A stretch of DNA of 64,000 nucleotides from Myxococcales bacterium. Its GTDB lineage: Bacteria > Myxococcota_A > Polyangia > Polyangiales > Polyangiaceae. The notes below the pieces were generated by a model. The model worked only from the letters and a program-made list of their open reading frames with translations, ran no database searches and was not told the origin of the DNA. Made by a program: the position numbers and the translations under genes. The stretch covers positions 10,414 to 74,413 of the forward strand of contig JAYTOU010000016.1 in assembly GCA_043747615.1 (NCBI GenBank). The letters run 5' to 3'. Below, piece by piece: positions 58,040-64,000 of the stretch (position 1 is its first letter; every line of letters begins with the position of its first letter).

Positions 58040-59485
58040 ATGAGCGCTGTTCGCACAATCGCCGTCGCTGGGCTTGGCGTCTTGATGGCGCTGAATTCGC
58101 GCGCGGCGATGGCCGACGAGCCCGTTGCTGCGAGCGAGCCTCGGCTGATGAGCGAGACCTCGGAGGTCACGAGCGTCGTCGACGCCTTCGACACCAACGA
58201 CCCCTTCGACATTCATTTCTTGCTCGGCTTCGAGCAAAGCTGGAAGCACGCGAACATTCGTCGCGAATCGGCGCTCTTTCAGCCCGGCCTCTCCACGGGC
58301 GGCTTCGTCTCGCACAACGAGAACGTGGCGTCCTTCAGCCAATCGGTCAGCACCCTCCACACGGGCGTCGACATCGGGATCTTCCGTGATCTCGCGCTCG
58401 TCTTCCGATTGCCCCTGATTTTGAGCGATTCGCGCGAGCTCGGGGATCTCGACGGCTCGTCTAGAAACCCCCAACGCTTGCAGGACAACAACGGCGAGCA
58501 ACTCTTCAGCGTCCCCTTCAAGAGTCCCAACCGGAGCGGCGTCGACTACTTCTCCGCCGGCCTCGACTACGCGCTCATGAACCAGCAGCGCGACTGGACG
58601 AAGCCCACGTGGGTGTTCGGCGTCGAGGGGCGCTTCGGCATCGGGACTCCGCTCCACGCGTGCAACGACAACCCCGGGCCCGGCGCGCAGAAGTGTCCCG
58701 ACCCATCCAATGCGGCGAGCGGGCGCGATCCGGGCGTCAGCCGCGGAATGACATCGATCGGCGTTCATACCGTATTTTCAAGGCGATTTGGCTACGTCGA
58801 GCCCTACTCTGGGCTCTGGTTCCTCGCCGATTTTCCGCACGACAAAACCGACTTCAGCGCGACGAGCAACCTCAAGGGCTCGCTCATCAATCATCCGCCG
58901 CTCACCGGAAAGTTCGTGATGGGTCTCGAGGTCATTCCCTGGGAGCGCAAGGAGCAGTTCCAGCGCCTCGTGTTCGATGCGCGATTTTCCGGCACCTATC
59001 ACTCACCGGGGCGCGAGTACTCCGAGCTCTTCGACGCGCTCGGCTCTTCGCAAGCGCACTCCCTCCGAGACCCGACACCCAGCGCGTACCACGATTCCGG
59101 AAATGGAGTCAGCACCGCCGATCCAGCGGCACAGAAGGTCTACTTCTCGGGGATCACCGATCAGCAAGGCTTCGGCTCGTTCGGCGGCCAGGCGGGCGTG
59201 ACCTGGCAAGCGGGCGAATACTTGAAGCTCAACGCAGGCGGCGGGCTCACCATCGTGCAGTCGCACCTCATCACCGCGTCCGATTCCTGCAACCCGGACT
59301 TCAAAGGTGACGTCGGGGCATCGGGGCCTTGCCACGGAGTCGCCAACGGCGGCGCCGGGCCTCAGCCCATCACCGGCATTCCCAACCCCAATCACCGCGA
59401 CGTCATCGATCTCCCGGGACGCCGCTTCAGCGTCGACGACACGACCATCGTGAATCTGTGGGTCAACGGCGTCGTCATGTTCTGA
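58040..59485 (+). CDS. Secreted, probable outer-membrane beta-barrel protein
   Basis: Signal peptide ending AMA, amphipathic strands, two Cys pairs and a C-terminal Phe. Confidence 0.72.
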   Translation: MSAVRTIAVAGLGVLMALNSRAAMADEPVAASEPRLMSETSEVTSVVDAFDTNDPFDIHFLLGFEQSWKHANIRRESALFQPGLSTGGFVSHNENVASFSQSVSTLHTGVDIGIFRDLALVFRLPLILSDSRELGDLDGSSRNPQRLQDNNGEQLFSVPFKSPNRSGVDYFSAGLDYALMNQQRDWTKPTWVFGVEGRFGIGTPLHACNDNPGPGAQKCPDPSNAASGRDPGVSRGMTSIGVHTVFSRRFGYVEPYSGLWFLADFPHDKTDFSATSNLKGSLINHPPLTGKFVMGLEVIPWERKEQFQRLVFDARFSGTYHSPGREYSELFDALGSSQAHSLRDPTPSAYHDSGNGVSTADPAAQKVYFSGITDQQGFGSFGGQAGVTWQAGEYLKLNAGGGLTIVQSHLITASDSCNPDFKGDVGASGPCHGVANGGAGPQPITGIPNPNHRDVIDLPGRRFSVDDTTIVNLWVNGVVMF

Positions 59486-60906
59486 TGAAGCGCGCGATCG
59501 CACTCCTGATCGCCGGTGTCCTCGCGACCCCCGGTTCCGCGCGCGCAGACTCGACGACCGCCCCGCCCGCGGCGGCGATCCCGACCGTGTCGACCGCGAT
59601 CGCCATCTGGCCGACGATGACGCCCGCAGGGGACGACCCTGGAGGATTGCCCCTTCACAAGCCGACGGAAAACGAGTCGCGCACAGCCGCCCGCGCTCAG
59701 GAGCTCGACGCCACGCTTCGCGACGGCGCTCAGGATCTCGGTTTCATCCTCGAAGTCGGCGAGGGGGCGCTCGCTCCAGGACGCACCCGCGACTCCGACA
59801 TGCTCGATTCCGCAGCGCGCGGAGCATGGGTGGTGAGCCCTCGGATCGAGCACGGCATCGGCGACAACTTCATCGTCCGAATCATTGCCGTTCCGCCTAA
59901 TGGTCGCGAGCTGCGCGTCCGGGTGGAGAGCATCAAAGGTGCCGACGTCTCGGTGCGCGGGCTGGTGATGCTGCGTGATCTTCTCTCGCCTGCGACGGCC
60001 GCGCAGGCCGCCGCGAGCGAGAAAGAGAGGGCCAAAATAGATCCGTCAGCGAGCTTGGGGATCATGAGCCCCACGCACTCACCGGGGCGCGCAGTCCTCG
60101 CCGTCAACGGTGCGCTCTTCGGCGCCTTCGTCGCGTACAGCATCCAGCGCGCGAGCGGCAACGACGATCCACGCGTGCTCTATCCGCTCCTCGCACTCGG
60201 CACGGGCATCGGCATCGGCAGCACGCTTCTCGTGAGCGAAGAGTGGGACGTCGGTACGGGAGACGCCTGGTTTCTCTCCGCGGGCGCGTGGTGGAGCACG
60301 GCTGCCGGGCTCTTCATCGCCAACGGCCGACACGTGCAGCCGCTCACCGACCGGTACGCGTGGGGCGTCGGAGCTGGGCTCACGGGGCTCGGGCTGGCGA
60401 CGTTCGCGCTCACCCGCACGAAGATGAACGAAGGCGACGCCGTCCTCGCTCACTCCGGCGGCGCCCTGGGGATGTCCCTCGGTGGCCTCAGTGAGCTCGC
60501 GTACCGCGGAAAAACCACGGGCGTCACGCCCTACACCGGAATGGGATACGGCGCTGCCATCGGGCTCGTTGGTGCTGGCGCTCTCGCGGTGTTCGTCGAT
60601 GTTTCGCCCAACCGCGTGCTGCTGATCGATCTTGGCGCAGGCCTCGGAGCGCTCGCCGGCGCAGCTGCAGCGAGCCCGCTCGTGTTCGAGAGGGTATCGG
60701 AAGGAGACTCACGTGGCTTCATCGCAGCCACCGCGGGCGGCGCCATCGCCGGTGGAGCGCTCGTGTGGTTTCTCACCCGCAACACTCCCGCAGCCAAGAG
60801 CACGACCTGGCATTACGGCACGCCCGTCGCGGGAGTAATTGGCTCGAGCGCCACGCCGACGGGGCCGCTCCCCGCCTACGGCGCGGGCTGGCAGGGCACG
60901 TTCTAA
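59485..60906 (+). CDS. Gly/Ala-rich hypothetical membrane protein
   Basis: Start at MKRAIAL (TGATG coupling). Signal peptide, multiple Gly-zipper helices and a C-terminal GWQGTF. Confidence 0.72.
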   Translation: MKRAIALLIAGVLATPGSARADSTTAPPAAAIPTVSTAIAIWPTMTPAGDDPGGLPLHKPTENESRTAARAQELDATLRDGAQDLGFILEVGEGALAPGRTRDSDMLDSAARGAWVVSPRIEHGIGDNFIVRIIAVPPNGRELRVRVESIKGADVSVRGLVMLRDLLSPATAAQAAASEKERAKIDPSASLGIMSPTHSPGRAVLAVNGALFGAFVAYSIQRASGNDDPRVLYPLLALGTGIGIGSTLLVSEEWDVGTGDAWFLSAGAWWSTAAGLFIANGRHVQPLTDRYAWGVGAGLTGLGLATFALTRTKMNEGDAVLAHSGGALGMSLGGLSELAYRGKTTGVTPYTGMGYGAAIGLVGAGALAVFVDVSPNRVLLIDLGAGLGALAGAAAASPLVFERVSEGDSRGFIAATAGGAIAGGALVWFLTRNTPAAKSTTWHYGTPVAGVIGSSATPTGPLPAYGAGWQGTF

Positions 60907-60949
60907 ACAAGGCCGACTTCTACGCCCAACGCGCTCAACGGAGAGGGTC

Positions 60950-61516
60950 ATGAAAAGAAAGGCCAGCCGTCGCACGCTCTACACGATTGGACATTCGACG
61001 CGTCCGGCGCAGGAGCTCATCGACATCCTCCACGCATTCTGCGTGACCCGTGTCGTCGACATCCGGAGCATCCCGCGGTCGCGGACGAATCCGCAGTTCA
61101 ATCTCGAGGTGCTTCCCGATACGCTTTTCCGTGCCGGAATCACCTACGTTCATCTCGCCGCGCTCGGAGGGCGGCGGGCGAAGGAGAAAAGCGCCACGGC
61201 GGGCGCCAACGCCGGCTGGGAGCTCGCCGCGTTCCGCAACTACGCCGATTACGCGGGTACCGCTCCGTTTCGTGAAGGCCTACGCAATCTGCTCGCCATG
61301 GCGTCGCGCGAGAACTGCGCGATCATGTGCGCCGAGGCCGTCTGGTGGCGGTGCCACCGTCGCATCGTTACCGATCACGTGCTCGCGCACGGCGTTGCCG
61401 TGGTTCATATCTTCACCCAAACGAAGGGAGAGCCGGCGTCACTGACTCCCTTCGCAGTCATAGGCACCCGCGCCTCGGTCAACTATCCCGCGCCCGCGGC
61501 CACGACCCCCACCTGA
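60950..61516 (+). CDS. DUF488 family protein
   Basis: YTIGHSTR, VDIRSIPRSR, LGGRR, FRNYADY and MCAEAVWWRCHR motifs. Confidence 0.9.
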   Translation: MKRKASRRTLYTIGHSTRPAQELIDILHAFCVTRVVDIRSIPRSRTNPQFNLEVLPDTLFRAGITYVHLAALGGRRAKEKSATAGANAGWELAAFRNYADYAGTAPFREGLRNLLAMASRENCAIMCAEAVWWRCHRRIVTDHVLAHGVAVVHIFTQTKGEPASLTPFAVIGTRASVNYPAPAATTPT

Positions 61517-61631
61517 AAATCGGGCCACGTGAGCTGAAGCTCGGAGGCGGGCTCCGTGATGTAGATCTGACCAAGGCCGAGCTGGCCGCGCGCGAGTTGT
61601 CAGATACCCGGATGCGGCATATCGTAGAGCG

Positions 61632-62543
61632 GTGAGCATGCTGTGGAAGATCGCACTCGCTTCCGCTGTCGCCAGCGCTTCTTTTGTTGCGTTCGTCGCT
61701 TGCGGCACCGACACCTTCAGCAACGCCCCGGACGCGAGCGGCGACTCGGCGCATCCACTTGACGGCGCCGGTCTCTCCGATGCTGCGCCCCCCGATGCTT
61801 CCCCGTGGCTGCGCTGCTCGGACCGACCGCTCAGCGATGGCGCCCACCTGTGCGACGATTTCGACGACCCGCGCGAGGCCGTTGGTGGCAAATGGAACTT
61901 CTGGTCGAGCGAGCCCAACGCCCTCATCGACGCCTCGCCCGTTGCCGCAAGCCTGCCGAACGCGTTCTTCTCCTGGATCGGCGTGTCGAGCGGAACGTAC
62001 GCGCAGATCGCGCACCAGCCCGGTATCAGCGGCGGTAGTCGGATGCGCTTGGCGTTTTCGTTCCGGATCGATCCCCTCGCGTTCGCCGGCGCAGCGCCCT
62101 CTTTCGACGTTCTGAGCTTCGCTGCTTTTGGATTCAAAGACGCCGCGTGCGACGGCGGCGCGCGAGGACGTCAGCTATCACTACTGGTGCCCAAAGCGGG
62201 CGGCAGCCTCAGCGGATTCGCCCGCGGGTTCGGCGGGGGTTGCGGCGAAGCAGGCGCGCAGGACTACAAGACGAAGCCGCTCGGGCCGACCGTCGATTCG
62301 ATGAGGGGCGTGTGGGTCGCGGCGGCGCTGCTCGTTCAGCGAAGTGCGGACTGCACGGGCGCCGCGACCTCCGGCGCGAGCTACCATGTTGCGCTCGACG
62401 GCGTGGAGCGAGCGTGCTTTGACCTGCCGATCGATCCCTTCGCCGGCCTTTCCAACATGTACGTCTCCCTGGGCCTGGGGGGGATCGGCATCACCGCGCC
62501 GGGTTGGGCCACATTCGACAACGTCGAGGTCGACTTCGATTGA
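61632..62543 (+). CDS. Hypothetical lipoprotein, ConA-like beta-sandwich likely
   Basis: Lipobox FVAC, LCDDFD near the start and FDNVEVD at the end. Confidence 0.68.
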   Translation: MSMLWKIALASAVASASFVAFVACGTDTFSNAPDASGDSAHPLDGAGLSDAAPPDASPWLRCSDRPLSDGAHLCDDFDDPREAVGGKWNFWSSEPNALIDASPVAASLPNAFFSWIGVSSGTYAQIAHQPGISGGSRMRLAFSFRIDPLAFAGAAPSFDVLSFAAFGFKDAACDGGARGRQLSLLVPKAGGSLSGFARGFGGGCGEAGAQDYKTKPLGPTVDSMRGVWVAAALLVQRSADCTGAATSGASYHVALDGVERACFDLPIDPFAGLSNMYVSLGLGGIGITAPGWATFDNVEVDFD

Positions 62544-62658
62544 GGCGCACGGTGTGCCCTGAATTGCGAGGGGCTAGCGCTCGCCCCGTGTTCACGTTTC
62601 CCGCAGGCATTCCGAAACCGGTCGAGCCGGCCGAGCTGGTGGCCGTTGTCGCAGTCCA

Positions 62659-63492
62659 TTGAGAAGCCACCTAAGCTCACTCGTCACACTTTGCCTTTTC
62701 GCCTGCGCTTGCGATCGGCAACCGTCCATCGCACCCGCGCCAGCTACATCCACCGCGACATCCGCCGCGGCGCCTCCGGTCGTCGCCGCGCCCCTCGCGA
62801 TCACCTCGGCGACGAGCGATGCGAGCGTCGTGGAAGCCGCGCCGCGTCCGGAATCTGGGATTGTGGACTTCAACGCCGAGCCACTCGGCGCTCCCTCGGC
62901 GGCCTTCGAGGCCGTCATCGGCTCCTTCTACATCGCCGAAGACGCGGGTCAACGTGGCCTTCGCGTCGACGGTTCAAAATGGCAGCAAGGAGCTGCGTCG
63001 GCGGCTGTCGTGGACCAAGCGAAACGACTCTATGGCGATAAATCGGCGGGGTTCGTCGACGGGGTCAAGGCGTTCGCATCCTTTCCACTCGCCATTCTAA
63101 AAGCACTTCCGCCCGCGGGTGACATGCGGATCTCGGTTCGGTTCTACCCCGAATCCGGACGCATCGATCAGGGCGCTGGCATCGCGTTCGGTGTCGCGGA
63201 CGATGGGAGTTACCAGGGCGTGCGAGCGAATGCGCTCGAGGGAAATTTGCTCTATTTCAAGGTGGTTCGAGGGAGACGCACGGTTCTTGAAGACGTCTCG
63301 GGCACAGCGACGCCGACGCACGTTTGGCACACGATGGTCGTCGAGATCCGCGGCAAGCGCTTGGTCGTGGAGCTCGACGGGAAGAAGCACCTCGACCGAG
63401 ATCTCACGGGGGCGCTGCGCGGCCGCGTCGGTCTCTGGTCGAAGGCGGACTCGCAGATTCTCTTCGACGACTTCACCGTGAAGCCGCTTTAG
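62659..63492 (+). CDS. Lipoprotein with ConA-like/DUF1080-type domain
   Basis: Lipobox FAC/CAC, DQGAGIAF, WHTM.VE and GRVGLWSKADS...FDDF motifs. Confidence 0.72.
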   Translation: MRSHLSSLVTLCLFACACDRQPSIAPAPATSTATSAAAPPVVAAPLAITSATSDASVVEAAPRPESGIVDFNAEPLGAPSAAFEAVIGSFYIAEDAGQRGLRVDGSKWQQGAASAAVVDQAKRLYGDKSAGFVDGVKAFASFPLAILKALPPAGDMRISVRFYPESGRIDQGAGIAFGVADDGSYQGVRANALEGNLLYFKVVRGRRTVLEDVSGTATPTHVWHTMVVEIRGKRLVVELDGKKHLDRDLTGALRGRVGLWSKADSQILFDDFTVKPL

Positions 63493-63509
63493 GCACGACA
63501 GAGACCGAC

Positions 63510-63704
63510 GTGACGAGACACCGTACGCCGCTTGGCGAGTCCCCAGCCTATTCGCTGCGCGTGCTTGTCATGTACTTCCGTCGCCTCGGGGCGCTCGGCT
63601 TCGGAGGGATACTCATCAACGCGTGGAGCACCGTGTATGCGCTCGCGAGACCTCGCGACGTGGATCGTGAAAGTGGCGTTAAGATGTCCTCGAGATGCAT
63701 CTAG
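63510..63704 (+). pseudogene. Possible 5' remnant of a chromate transporter (ChrA)
   Basis: YSLRVLVMYFRRLGALGFGG resembles the ChrA N-terminal ..F..LG..GFGG motif, then similarity ends. Confidence 0.4.
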
Positions 63705-63785
63705 GGTCATGTCCTACACGCTCGTTTCAGCGACGATTTTCGTACGCTCATTCACTCGCTACGTAGCGACCGCACCCAGCAAGCG

Positions 63786-63802
63786 CTGGCACGGACACTG
63801 CG
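63786..63802 (+). promoter_or_regulatory. Candidate sigma54 promoter
   Basis: CTGGCACGGACACTGC: consensus -24 element with GC at canonical spacing, upstream of the ATG at 63815. Confidence 0.55.
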
Positions 63803-63814
63803 TAAGGGCGTCCC

Positions 63815-64000
63815 ATGCACTTCCCTACGACGCGTCTCTTCGCCTTGGCTCTATCGACCGCGGTTGGCTCGATCGTTATCTCCGGCTGTTCGGCCGCGCC
63901 TGGCGAGGATCCCTCAGCCTCCTCCTCGAATGAAGAGGCGCTCAACGCGGCGTCGATCGCGAGCGTGGGCCTCGCGAACGTTGGCAAGAGGGCTTGCTCG
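63815..64000 (+). CDS. Lipoprotein, truncated by the right window edge
   Basis: Manual translation MHFPTTRLFALALSTAVGSIVISGC...EEALNAASIASVGLANVGKRACS, with lipobox ISGC and an open frame to the edge. Confidence 0.7.
   Translation, partial: MHFPTTRLFALALSTAVGSIVISGCSAAPGEDPSASSSNEEALNAASIASVGLANVGKRACS

Noticed and set aside
1..64000. CRISPR arrays, rRNA/tRNA genes, transposases, integrases and prophage genes
   Set aside because: I saw no regularly spaced repeats, RNA-gene signatures or mobile-element motifs. A covariance-model scan would be needed to exclude small RNAs.

Overview
GC-rich bacterial chromosomal window that reads as Myxococcota, most like Polyangiaceae. Supporting signs are an AgmX/PglI-type C-terminal domain protein, a MYXO-CTERM-like tail, three sigma54 activators and many lipoproteins. 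It holds about 50 genes. Housekeeping genes include folK, a split F1Fo operon (b', b, delta, alpha, gamma), uvrB, manC, hutF and several oxidoreductases. Signalling genes include an FHA-GAF sigma54 activator, a 1486-aa kinase-NTPase-TPR-GAF-sigma54 activator, an NtrC-like regulator, an orphan PrkA, a PP2C-cNMP phosphatase and a sensorless histidine kinase. The best candidate for an undescribed system is 31.8-39.5 kb on the minus strand. It is a stand-alone set of Complex I membrane-arm homologues (NuoH-, NuoL- and NuoM-like), each fused to an extra, probably periplasmic domain (lipobox+TIG+PDZ, His/Asp-rich+PEGA-like, signal peptide+Ig-like). Quinone-interface and proton-relay residues appear substituted, a 16-Cys lipoprotein lies inside the cluster, a degenerate histidine kinase follows it, and no other nuo genes are present. 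I saw no rRNA, tRNA, CRISPR array or transposase. All family assignments and residue equivalences come from by-eye motif recognition and recalled reference sequences, not from database searches.
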